Source: Clostridia bacterium
GTDB lineage: Bacteria; Bacillota; Clostridia; UMGS1840
Reading direction: 5' to 3'
NCBI GenBank assembly: GCA_017468465.1
Contig: JAFUIN010000014.1
Span: 3,618-67,617, forward strand
Length of the DNA: 64,000 bases
In this document: positions 32,123 through 41,071 of the stretch, piece after piece
How positions within the stretch are numbered: the first letter of the stretch is position 1
Layout: each line of letters begins with the position of its first letter
Program-made: the position numbers and the translations under genes
The notes under the pieces: model-generated
What the model was told of the DNA's origin: nothing
The model's input: the letters and a program-made list of their open reading frames with translations, nothing else
Database searches by the model: none

Positions 32123-34027
32123 ATGGGAACCATCAAAGTTTTAGACCGATTATTTTCTGATATGATTGCCGCAGGCGAAGTTGTGGAACGTCCGGCATCT
32201 GTGGTAAAGGAATTGTTTGAAAATGCAAAAGATGCCGGAGCTGGGAGAATCACCGTGGAAATTGAAAACGGTGGGAAGTCTTCCATTTGTGTGACCGATG
32301 ACGGCTCTGGAATGGACCGTGAGGATGCAGTCCTCTCGGTGGTTCGTTATGCAACCAGCAAGCTATCGCAAAAGGAAGATTTATTTGCTATTTCGACAAT
32401 GGGATTTCGCGGTGAGGCACTTGCCAGCATTTGTGCAGTCTCGAAAGTGACCATCATTACCCGCAAGGAAGATAGCCTGTCCGGAACCAAGCTGGTGTGT
32501 GAAGGTGGCGAGGTGATATCAGTAGAAGATATCGGCTGTCCCGTTGGCACAAAAATTTTGGTGGAAAATTTGTTCTTCAATACTCCTGCCCGATTGAAGT
32601 TTTTGAAAAAAGATGCAACTGAAGCTGCCTACATTGAAGAAATCATTGCCCGTTTGATTCTTGCAAATCCATACATCAGTGTTAAATTCATCAAAGATGG
32701 GCGCATCGTATATTATTCCAAAGGGGACAATGATATCTGCTCTGCAGTTTATTCAGTATATGGAAATCAGCTGTCAGAACAGTTGATTTTAGTAAACCGT
32801 GAAATTGGCGGCGTTACAGTGCGTGGATGTGTGGGTTCTCCCAATCTGGCACGTCCTACCAGAAAATTTGAGCACTTTAGTGTAAACGGAAGAATTTGCA
32901 GATCAAAAATTTTATATACTGCATTAGAATTTGCTTATTTTCAAAAAATGGCACAGGGGAAATACCCATTTTGTGCATTGGAAATTGAAGTAGATCGAAG
33001 CCTTTGCGATGTTAATGTACATCCCCAAAAGGCAGAGGTAAAGTTTTCCGATGAAGCCAGCATTTATGATGCAGTGCTTACTTCGGTAAAAGAGGCAGTG
33101 GAAGCAAAGCTTTTTGTGAAAGAACCGGCTCCTGTTCCCATTGCAACCTCCAAAGCAGTGCAACATGAAGAAAAAACGCCTTCTTATGAGCAACGCTCCT
33201 TTTTGCAGCAAAAAAGAGAAAGCCCGGCAAAAAATCAAGAGCCTATTTTTAATGAACTGACCGAATTTACATTTGCGCGGGAAGGGGAACAGCCCAAAAT
33301 TATTTCTGAAAAAGAACCCGTTGTAAATGTTGTTTCAAAGGAACAACCGGCCTTTGATGTCTTGAAAGCCATAAAAGATATACCGGAGACAAAAGAGGTA
33401 TCAACTGTTACACCATCCCAAGAAACAGAGGATGAATTGCAAGAAGCCAAAGAAGCGGAACCGTTTCGTGTTATCGGGCAGATTTTTTCTTCTTATGTTC
33501 TGATTGAAAAGGGAGAAGAACTTTTGCTTTTAGATCAGCACGCTGCACACGAGCGAATCAATTATGAAAAAATTTATCGGGAGTATCGGGAAAAGGAAAT
33601 TCACTCTCAGCTCTTAATGATCCCGAAAATTATTGAACTTGCTCCCACCGATTATCGGTTAGCAGTGGAGCATCTGGATTTATTTTCAAATGTAGGAATT
33701 GTGGCAGATGATTTCCAGGATAATTCCATTGTAATCCGCGAAATTCCTTGCGAAGTAAAAGAAAAAAGCATTGAAAAATTAGTCTATGAAATTCTGGAAG
33801 AAATTCGTCGGAGCGGAAAAGCACAACCGGAAAATTTCAATCTGCGGCTTTTATTTTTAGTGGCTTGTAAAATGAGTGTAAAGGCCAATACCGAGCTTTC
33901 CATCTATCAAATGGAGGAGCTTGTTAAAGAAGCATTTTTGTTAAATGGGAAAACCACCTGTCCTCACGGTAGACCGCTGTTTGTGGCTTTTTCCAAAGGA
34001 TATATTGAAACCAAATTTGAACGGTAG
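32123..34027 (+). CDS. mutL: DNA mismatch repair protein MutL
   Basis: GHKL ATPase (IAAGEVVERPASVVKELFENAKDAG, GFRGEAL) and a C-terminal dimerisation/endonuclease domain (DQHAAHERI). Confidence 0.95.
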   Translation: MGTIKVLDRLFSDMIAAGEVVERPASVVKELFENAKDAGAGRITVEIENGGKSSICVTDDGSGMDREDAVLSVVRYATSKLSQKEDLFAISTMGFRGEALASICAVSKVTIITRKEDSLSGTKLVCEGGEVISVEDIGCPVGTKILVENLFFNTPARLKFLKKDATEAAYIEEIIARLILANPYISVKFIKDGRIVYYSKGDNDICSAVYSVYGNQLSEQLILVNREIGGVTVRGCVGSPNLARPTRKFEHFSVNGRICRSKILYTALEFAYFQKMAQGKYPFCALEIEVDRSLCDVNVHPQKAEVKFSDEASIYDAVLTSVKEAVEAKLFVKEPAPVPIATSKAVQHEEKTPSYEQRSFLQQKRESPAKNQEPIFNELTEFTFAREGEQPKIISEKEPVVNVVSKEQPAFDVLKAIKDIPETKEVSTVTPSQETEDELQEAKEAEPFRVIGQIFSSYVLIEKGEELLLLDQHAAHERINYEKIYREYREKEIHSQLLMIPKIIELAPTDYRLAVEHLDLFSNVGIVADDFQDNSIVIREIPCEVKEKSIEKLVYEILEEIRRSGKAQPENFNLRLLFLVACKMSVKANTELSIYQMEELVKEAFLLNGKTTCPHGRPLFVAFSKGYIETKFER

Positions 34028-34036
34028 GAACAAGAC

Positions 34037-34966
34037 ATGAATCAGGTTATTGTCATTGCAGGGCCCACCGCTTCCGGCAAAACCGGACTTTCGGTGGAAG
34101 TGGCAAAACAATTAAATACCGAAATCGTATCTGCCGACTCCATGCAGATTTATCAAGGCATGGATGTGGGAACCGCCAAGGTAACCGAGACAGAAAAGCA
34201 GGGGATTTTGCATCATATGATAGACATTGTAAGCCCCATGGAAAACTACAATGTCAGTCAATATGCAGAGGATGCGAAAAAATGTGTATACAGCATTTTA
34301 GAGAAAGGGAAAATCCCCGTAATTGCCGGTGGGACAGGTCTTTATATCAATTCTTTGGTATACGGATATGATTTAGCTCCCATCCCTTCTGATGACAGCA
34401 TCCGTCAGGAATTAACGAGCGTCTACGAAGAAAAAGGCGGAGAATACTTGTTGGAGGAGCTTCGAAAAATTGACCCGAAAACAGCAGACAGACTTCATCC
34501 TAACAATGCAAGACGTCTCATTCGGGCATTGGAGGTATATCGCATTTCAGGAACAACCATTTCCCAACAGGAAGAACGCACCAAAAATGCACCAAATCCT
34601 TATGACGTTCTCTTTTTTGTGTTGGACACTGATAGAGACAAGCTATATGAACGAATCAATCTGCGGGTGGATATGATGCTTCAAAATGGATTAGTTGATG
34701 AGGTGAAAAAACTGATAGAAAACGGCGTTCCAAAAACCAATACAGCAATGCAAGCCATCGGTTATAAAGAAATGGTGGAATATTTAGATGGCTATTTAAC
34801 GTATTGTGAGGCGGTGGAGAAAATCAAACAGGAATCCCGTCGTTATGCAAAACGGCAGTTGACATGGTTCCGTCGCAACGAAGGGGCAATCTGGCTGGAG
34901 GCATCTCTCCCGAAAGCTGAGCTTTTGTCACAGGTGATGAATGAATTAAAAAAAGGTGGACAATAA
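34037..34966 (+). CDS. miaA: tRNA dimethylallyltransferase
   Basis: Motifs GPTASGKT, SADSMQIYQGMDVGTAK, QLTWFRR. Confidence 0.93.
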   Translation: MNQVIVIAGPTASGKTGLSVEVAKQLNTEIVSADSMQIYQGMDVGTAKVTETEKQGILHHMIDIVSPMENYNVSQYAEDAKKCVYSILEKGKIPVIAGGTGLYINSLVYGYDLAPIPSDDSIRQELTSVYEEKGGEYLLEELRKIDPKTADRLHPNNARRLIRALEVYRISGTTISQQEERTKNAPNPYDVLFFVLDTDRDKLYERINLRVDMMLQNGLVDEVKKLIENGVPKTNTAMQAIGYKEMVEYLDGYLTYCEAVEKIKQESRRYAKRQLTWFRRNEGAIWLEASLPKAELLSQVMNELKKGGQ

Positions 34967-34967
34967 G

Positions 34968-36212
34968 ATGGAAGAATATTCAAACAAACAACGAAAGCAT
35001 TCCGGCATCCCTACAATTTATAAAGTAGGGTTGTTTCTGATTGTTTTGATTTTTGCAATCGGGATGTATGTATATTTTCATCCCAGCTTCAGCACCCAGG
35101 TGATATATCACGGTGAGGAAGAGGTTGTTGTGCAGGCAAAGGGCATTATGGTTTGGGATGAGGAGCTTCTTTCATCCACCACCAAAGGAATGGCTGTTAT
35201 GAATTATTCAGACGGCAGCCGTGTGACAGCAAGAACGCATGTTGCAAGTGTTTATTCCGGTGAAATTGACGAGGGCAAAAGCCAAAGCATTAAAAATTTG
35301 AGTGAAAAAATCAACACCTTGGAAACCAGCATTAAAAACCGTAATCAAGACAGTCGGGAGCAGGAAAGCAGCGGTGCGGTTCTTCTGAAAAAAATGAGTC
35401 GTGTGGCTTATCATTCCCAAAACGGAGATTTTCAGGCAGCTTTCAAAGAATGCAGTGAAATCGAAGGCTTGGCGCTGGGGGAAAACGGTGCAACACCGGA
35501 AAAAGAACTGGAAAAATTAAAACGTCAGCGTGATGATGTGGAACGAACCATCACCGGGCAAAAAGATGCTTTTTATTCTCAGACCTCCGGCATGATTTAT
35601 TCTAAGGCAGACGGTTTTGAAACCACCATTACCCGGCAAACAGTAGAAGGAGCAGACAGCAAGCTGTTTGACAGTCTGTGGGGAGCTAAACCGGTGGATT
35701 ACTCAAAAACAGAGGGCAATTATGTTTTTGGGAAAATTGTGAATAATTACGAAGCATTGATGCTGGTGAAAATAAGTAAAAAAGAGGCAGCAGACATTGA
35801 AACAGGAGACGTTTTATATATTAAGTCTCCGGATGTTTCCGGCGGAAAAATTGCCTGTACGGTCAGCGTAATCAATCTGGATGGAAGAGAAGCTGTGCTG
35901 ACCTTGAAAGTAAGTAAACATTTGGATACTTTATATGCAGAGCGAAAAGCAGAGTTTGAACTGATTAAGAAGAGCTATTCCGGTCTTCGCATTCCTAAAG
36001 AAGCAATCCATGAAAATGAGTCAGAAAAATATGTGTTTGTGATAAAAGACAGCGTAGTAAAGAAAAAGGCAGTTGAGATTTTATGCGAAAAAAATGAATT
36101 TGTAATTGTGAAAGAAGACAATCAGAATTCTCAAAATGTTTTGCTGTACGATTTGGTGATTACCAAGTCGAAAAATCTTGCTGAAGGGATGATTGTTGCC
36201 GACTCCCGATAA
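34968..36212 (+). CDS. Membrane-anchored HlyD/membrane-fusion-like protein with no pump partner in the window
   Basis: N-terminal TM helix, a central coiled-coil (about 35270-35560), and flanking beta-rich halves including a barrel-like C-terminus (YVFVIKDSVVKKKAVEI). The ATG at 34968 lies 7 nt after AAAGGTGGA. Confidence 0.5.
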   Translation: MEEYSNKQRKHSGIPTIYKVGLFLIVLIFAIGMYVYFHPSFSTQVIYHGEEEVVVQAKGIMVWDEELLSSTTKGMAVMNYSDGSRVTARTHVASVYSGEIDEGKSQSIKNLSEKINTLETSIKNRNQDSREQESSGAVLLKKMSRVAYHSQNGDFQAAFKECSEIEGLALGENGATPEKELEKLKRQRDDVERTITGQKDAFYSQTSGMIYSKADGFETTITRQTVEGADSKLFDSLWGAKPVDYSKTEGNYVFGKIVNNYEALMLVKISKKEAADIETGDVLYIKSPDVSGGKIACTVSVINLDGREAVLTLKVSKHLDTLYAERKAEFELIKKSYSGLRIPKEAIHENESEKYVFVIKDSVVKKKAVEILCEKNEFVIVKEDNQNSQNVLLYDLVITKSKNLAEGMIVADSR

Positions 36213-36247
36213 ATTTATTGTAAAACCCAGAAAAGGAGCGAATTTGA

Positions 36248-36934
36248 TTGACAATAGCCGAAAAACTTGATATAATAAAGTATACTGTTTCGGAGAGTGC
36301 AAAAAAAGCAGGCAGAGCAGTGGAAGATATTTGTTTGCTTCCCGTGACCAAAACCAAAACTCCCGAGGAAATTATGCCTGCGTTGGAATATGGAATTCGT
36401 GCCATTGGCGAAAATTACGTGCAGGAGCTACTTTCCAAGTATGATGTTTTACGCCCCTATGTGGATGAGTTTCATATGATTGGGCATTTGCAGTCCAATA
36501 AAGTAAAGTATCTCATTGATAAGGTTAGCTTAATTCATTCGGCAGATTCTTTGTCTTTGTTAAAAGAAATTGATAAGCAGGCAAAAAAACACGACAAAAT
36601 TCAGGATGTTCTGTTGGAAGTAAATCTTACAAAAGAAGCTTCCAAATCCGGAATATACGAAGAAGATTTACACAGGCTGATTGATGAAAGCGTTGTATAT
36701 TCCAACGTAAAAATCAAAGGATTTATGACCATGCCTCCCGCAGGCTCGGAGGAGGCAGTGTTAAGAAGAGTGTTTTCACGGCTCAGAGAAATTTTTGAAA
36801 CGTATCAGGCGCAAGACAGTAATATTAGCATATTATCCATGGGAATGAGCCACGATTATCCCATTGCCATTGAGGAGGGTTCCACTTTGGTAAGAGTGGG
36901 GTCGGCGATTTTTGGGCCCAGAAATTATCAGTAA
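36248..36934 (+). CDS. ylmE: YggS/YlmE-family pyridoxal-phosphate homeostasis protein
   Basis: Motifs LLPVTKTK (PLP Lys), HMIGHLQSNKVK, SMGMSHDY. TTG start 7 nt after AAAGGAGCG. Confidence 0.88.
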   Translation: MTIAEKLDIIKYTVSESAKKAGRAVEDICLLPVTKTKTPEEIMPALEYGIRAIGENYVQELLSKYDVLRPYVDEFHMIGHLQSNKVKYLIDKVSLIHSADSLSLLKEIDKQAKKHDKIQDVLLEVNLTKEASKSGIYEEDLHRLIDESVVYSNVKIKGFMTMPPAGSEEAVLRRVFSRLREIFETYQAQDSNISILSMGMSHDYPIAIEEGSTLVRVGSAIFGPRNYQ

Positions 36935-36983
36935 ATAACTACCCCTAAAATCGGGGATTTCTATATTCAGGAGGAATTTACAT

Positions 36984-37454
36984 ATGTTTGGTGCAATTAA
37001 GAAAAAACTGGTTGATTTTGGTTTGTTGGATGACGAAGAAGAATTGGATGACGAAGTGGAGAAAATCTTCAAACCAAAAGAAAATCCGGTAAAAGAAGCA
37101 ACGAAGGATAATAAGGATGCAAAGGAAAATCTTCAGCTTCCCAAACGAGGCAAAATCGTGAACATTCATACCACCACTCAGCTCAAGGTGGTTGTGGTTC
37201 AGCCCGTTAGCTTTGAAGATTCCAAAGAAATTGCAGATCACTTGAAAACAAAAAAACCCATCGTTGTCAATCTGGAAAATATTGACCGTGAGGTTGCAAA
37301 GCAGATCATTGATTTTCTTTCCGGTGCCGTTTATGCGTTAGACGGTAACATTCAGCGTATTTCTAACGGAATTTTTCTCATTGTGCCGTATAACATGGGC
37401 ATTATGGGTGATTTTAAGGATGAACTTCGCAACAAGATGGTCTTTCCGTTTTAA
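36984..37454 (+). CDS. sepF: Cell division protein SepF
   Basis: Acidic N-terminus and a conserved C-terminal domain (VVVQPVSFEDSKEIADHLKTKKPIVVNLE...FLSGAVYALDG). Lies in the ylm cluster. Confidence 0.88.
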   Translation: MFGAIKKKLVDFGLLDDEEELDDEVEKIFKPKENPVKEATKDNKDAKENLQLPKRGKIVNIHTTTQLKVVVVQPVSFEDSKEIADHLKTKKPIVVNLENIDREVAKQIIDFLSGAVYALDGNIQRISNGIFLIVPYNMGIMGDFKDELRNKMVFPF

Positions 37455-37460
37455 TTTCGT

Positions 37461-38222
37461 ATGCAATCAAAAACAGAATTGTTAGATAAAATCCAGGAAA
37501 AAGAAGACCGGGTGTTTCTGGCGTCGGTTTATGATAAATTAGAGCAGTCTGATCGGAAAAATTATCCTGTTTTCTCCGATTTTCTGGATGCAAGGCAGAT
37601 TGTATTGGTGCAGTCGGTTTTTCCGTTTTGGAGAGACCGTATCAGATTTTTTGGCGGCATCCGGAATGCAGAACGGCAAATCTGCTATTTGGAATTCGGT
37701 TATGAAGATTTTCCTGTCCGGTTACTTGAGATTTTTTCATCCCAAATGGACAAAATCACCCACGGAGATGTTTTGGGTTCTTTGATGGGATTAGGAATGA
37801 AACGGCAAAAAATTGGAGATATTCTTACCGGAGAAAGATTGATTGTGGCAGTGAAAGAAGAAGTTGCAGAATATATCTGCATGGAGCTTTCTCAAATCAG
37901 CCGATATCCTGTAACAGTAAAGATTCTGGATGATTTCACTGTGGAGCGAAAGCAACAGTTTTCTGCCCGCAGCACAACGGTTTCATCTTTACGGCTGGAT
38001 TGTCTGGTTGCAGATATCGCCCACTTATCCAGAGAAAAAGCGAAGTCTTATATCATTGCCGGCAAAGTGAAAGTGAACCATTTTGAAGAAACAAACTATA
38101 AGCATCTGCTTTGTGAGGGAGACGTGCTTTCTCTTTCTCATGTGGGGCGTTTCCTTTTGGATACAGTGGATGGCTTCACCAAAAAAGATCGCGTTAAAAT
38201 TACCATAAAAAAATATGAATAG
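37461..38222 (+). CDS. ylmH: YlmH-family RNA-binding (S4-like domain) protein
   Basis: Position between sepF and divIVA. C-terminal S4-like segment (RLDCLVADIAHLSREKAKSYIIAGKVKVN). Confidence 0.8.
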   Translation: MQSKTELLDKIQEKEDRVFLASVYDKLEQSDRKNYPVFSDFLDARQIVLVQSVFPFWRDRIRFFGGIRNAERQICYLEFGYEDFPVRLLEIFSSQMDKITHGDVLGSLMGLGMKRQKIGDILTGERLIVAVKEEVAEYICMELSQISRYPVTVKILDDFTVERKQQFSARSTTVSSLRLDCLVADIAHLSREKAKSYIIAGKVKVNHFEETNYKHLLCEGDVLSLSHVGRFLLDTVDGFTKKDRVKITIKKYE

Positions 38223-38272
38223 GGCATAGGAGCGCGCACTCTTATGCCTTTCTTAAAAAGGGGGATTTCATT

Positions 38273-38713
38273 ATGTACACACCAATTGATTTAGAAAACA
38301 TCAACTTCAAAAAAACGGCCTTCGGCTATGATAAAGACGAAGTGATGGAGTTTGTGGAAAATATTTATAAGGATTTTGACAAGCTTTATAAAGAAAATCT
38401 GACCTTAAAAGATAAAAATAATATGTTGTCCGATGCAATCCGCGAGTATAAGTCTATGGAAGATGCGCTTCGCGACACTGTTGTAACAGCACATTCTATT
38501 TCCGATGAAATTAAGAAAAATGCGCATAAGGAAGCAGAAAATATTGTGAAAGAGGCAAGTGTGCAAAAGGATGAGATGCTTTCCAAAGCAAATCAAGAAT
38601 TGGAAGTTGTTCGCGGTCAGATTGCAACCTTGAAACAGGAATTTAATATTTATAAATCCAAAATCAGAAGTCTCATTCAGTCGCAGATTGAAATTCTGGA
38701 ATTAGATCAATAA
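38273..38713 (+). CDS. divIVA: DivIVA-domain cell-division/polarity protein
   Basis: N-terminal MYTPIDLENINFKKTAFGYDKDEV motif followed by a coiled-coil. Confidence 0.88.
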   Translation: MYTPIDLENINFKKTAFGYDKDEVMEFVENIYKDFDKLYKENLTLKDKNNMLSDAIREYKSMEDALRDTVVTAHSISDEIKKNAHKEAENIVKEASVQKDEMLSKANQELEVVRGQIATLKQEFNIYKSKIRSLIQSQIEILELDQ

Positions 38714-38726
38714 TCGGGAGTTTATT

Positions 38727-39179
38727 ATGGCGATATATTTTGGCATTTGTTTGTTGATTATATTTTTTACCAGAATTTTAGCATATTGGGGTGTGTATTT
38801 CCTGCAGGGGAATCCCATTACGGTGATTCCGTCTGTGTTGTATCTCAGTTATGTGGAAAATAGAGGAGCTGCTTTTGGTATTTTTCAGGATGCGAAGGTG
38901 TTTTTAATTACCTTGTCTCTGATTTTGTTTCTGGCAATTACGTATTATGTCATTTCGCGGCGAAAAAATATGAAAGCTTCTCTTTTGATTCCTCTTGCAA
39001 TGGTTGCAGGAGGAGGTATTTCCAACGTGGCAGACCGGTTTCGGTTTGGATTTGTGGTGGATTATATTGATGTGCGCATCATACAATATCCGGTGTTCAA
39101 TTTAGCCGATATTTGTGTTGTATTGGGTGTTATTTGGCTTGCGGTTATCATCTGGAGAACCGATTGCAAAAAGAAATAG
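38727..39179 (+). CDS. lspA: Lipoprotein signal peptidase (signal peptidase II)
   Basis: Motifs VENRGAAFGIF and FNLADICVVLG. Four TM helices. Confidence 0.9.
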   Translation: MAIYFGICLLIIFFTRILAYWGVYFLQGNPITVIPSVLYLSYVENRGAAFGIFQDAKVFLITLSLILFLAITYYVISRRKNMKASLLIPLAMVAGGGISNVADRFRFGFVVDYIDVRIIQYPVFNLADICVVLGVIWLAVIIWRTDCKKK

Positions 39180-39194
39180 GAGTGTTTTTGAATC

Positions 39195-40094
39195 GTGGAA
39201 TTTAAGGTTTGCACACCTGAAAAGATTCGGGTTGACAAATATCTGGCGGAAGCTTGTCCGGAGCTTACCAGAAGCTATGTGCAAAAACTGATTGAAGAGG
39301 GAAGGGTTTTTGTAAACGGGCTTTCCTGCACAAAAAAAACCACTGTAATCTGCGGAGACACCGTTTCCTTTGACATTCCGGAACCGAAGGCGCTGGACGT
39401 TTTGAAAGAGGACATTCCTTTGGACATTGTGTACGAAGATGATTTTTTAATTGTGGTGAACAAACCCAGAGGAATGGTGGTTCATCCTGCAAACGGAAAT
39501 CAGGAGGGCACTTTGGTAAATGCGCTGCTCCATCATTGCAAAGGGAGACTGTCATCCATTAACGGCGTCATTCGCCCGGGTATTGTGCATCGTATAGATA
39601 AGGACACCAGCGGCATTTTATTGGTTGCCAAGACAGATGCGGCACATCTTTCTTTAGCAGAACAAATCAAGGAGCATTCTGTCAAACGAGAATATGTTGC
39701 ACTGTTAGACGGTGTTATCAAGCACGAAAACGGCACTGTAAACAAACCAATCGGAAGAAGCGAAAAAGACCGCAAAAAAATGGCGATTACCATGCGCAAT
39801 TCCCGCAATGCCATTACTCATTATGAAGTGTTGGAACGCTACAGTGGATACTGTTTGGTAAAGTGTCGGTTGGAAACGGGCAGAACGCATCAGATTCGTG
39901 TGCATATGGCAAGCTTGGGGCATCCGGTAACAGGGGATACGGTTTATGGTGCAAAAAAGCAAAAATTGTTCCAACGAGGGCAGCTTTTGCATGCAAAAAC
40001 CATTGGCTTTATTCATCCGGACAGCGGAGAATATATGGAGTTTACCTCTGAATTGCCGGAAGAATTTCAAAAGGTATTAGATAAGTTAAAATAG
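39195..40094 (+). CDS. rluD: RluA/RluD-family 23S rRNA pseudouridine synthase
   Basis: N-terminal S4 domain and catalytic HRIDKDTSGILLVAK. TGRTHQIRVH. GTG start. Confidence 0.9.
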   Translation: MEFKVCTPEKIRVDKYLAEACPELTRSYVQKLIEEGRVFVNGLSCTKKTTVICGDTVSFDIPEPKALDVLKEDIPLDIVYEDDFLIVVNKPRGMVVHPANGNQEGTLVNALLHHCKGRLSSINGVIRPGIVHRIDKDTSGILLVAKTDAAHLSLAEQIKEHSVKREYVALLDGVIKHENGTVNKPIGRSEKDRKKMAITMRNSRNAITHYEVLERYSGYCLVKCRLETGRTHQIRVHMASLGHPVTGDTVYGAKKQKLFQRGQLLHAKTIGFIHPDSGEYMEFTSELPEEFQKVLDKLK

Positions 40095-40105
40095 CAGAAA
40101 GAAGC

Positions 40106-40507
40106 GTGAAAGAAATGAATACTTTAGAAGAAGTAAAACAGTTTTTTAATAAAGACCGTTTCGCAACTGAAAACGGAATGGTTGTGGATGCCATTGGCGA
40201 AGGATATGCAAAATGCAGTGTAGCATTGACCGAACGCCATAAAAATGCCGTAGGTGGCGTGATGGGAGGAGTTCCGTTTACGTTGGCAGATTTTGCATAT
40301 GCTGTGGCAGCCAATCACAAAGAGCCAAAATGGGTATCTTTGAGTTCGCAAATCACTTTTTTAGGAACGGCAAAAGGCACGAAACTTATCGCCGAAGCGG
40401 TGATGGAGAAATCAGGACGCTCTACAAATTATTATCAGGTTCACGTAACAGATGAATTGGGAAATCAAGTTGCAAATGTTGTTGTGACTGGTTTTTCAAA
40501 AGGATAA
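40106..40507 (+). CDS. PaaI-family hotdog-fold thioesterase
   Basis: 133 aa. Motifs NAVGGVMGGVPFTLADFA and a hotdog fold pattern. The start (GTG 40106 or ATG 40115) is uncertain. Confidence 0.75.
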   Translation: MKEMNTLEEVKQFFNKDRFATENGMVVDAIGEGYAKCSVALTERHKNAVGGVMGGVPFTLADFAYAVAANHKEPKWVSLSSQITFLGTAKGTKLIAEAVMEKSGRSTNYYQVHVTDELGNQVANVVVTGFSKG

Positions 40508-40580
40508 AAATAAGGAGCAGAGCGGGGTTTGATTATATAAGCCTTTGTTCTTCGGAAAAAACGAATTGCTTGTGAAAAAA

Positions 40581-40628
40581 ACATAACAAGAAAGCGGTAA
40601 CCAAACGGTTACCGCTTTCTTGTTATGT
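40581..40628. terminator. Bidirectional intrinsic terminator between convergent paaI and mscL (22-bp perfect stem, AAAC loop)
   Basis: ACATAACAAGAAAGCGGTAACC-AAAC-GGTTACCGCTTTCTTGTTATGT. A run of A precedes it. Confidence 0.75.
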
Positions 40629-40632
40629 AAGA

Positions 40633-41049
40633 TTAGTTGTTTTTTTCTTTTAATAAGTCTCTGATTTCTTCTAACAGCACAATGTCATCTGCTTTTTTCG
40701 GGGGTTCCTGGGGTGCTTCTTCTTTCTTTTTAGAGAAGCTTCCCATAAACTTAATAAATAAGAAGATTGAAAGTGCAATAATAACAAAATCAATAATGTT
40801 CTGAATAAAATTTCCGTATGCGATGGTTGCTTCGCCAACTACCCATGCTAAATTTTTGAAATCAACTCCGCCCAGTAATAAACCAATCAGGGGAGTTAAG
40901 ATGTCTGCAACCAAGGAAGTAACAATTTTTCCGAATGCACCACCGATAATAACACCGACAGCCATATCAATTACATTTCCTTTGAATGCGAATTTTTTGA
41001 ATTCTCCTAAAAAAGTACCTGCTTTTTCTACTGTTTTTTTCATAGTCAT
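40633..41049 (-). CDS. mscL: Large-conductance mechanosensitive channel
   Basis: Motif [27 protein letters not shown]. Two TM helices and a charged C-terminus. Confidence 0.93.
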   Translation of the reverse strand: MTMKKTVEKAGTFLGEFKKFAFKGNVIDMAVGVIIGGAFGKIVTSLVADILTPLIGLLLGGVDFKNLAWVVGEATIAYGNFIQNIIDFVIIALSIFLFIKFMGSFSKKKEEAPQEPPKKADDIVLLEEIRDLLKEKNN

Positions 41050-41071
41050 TCTTTTCCTTTATATTTAATTT

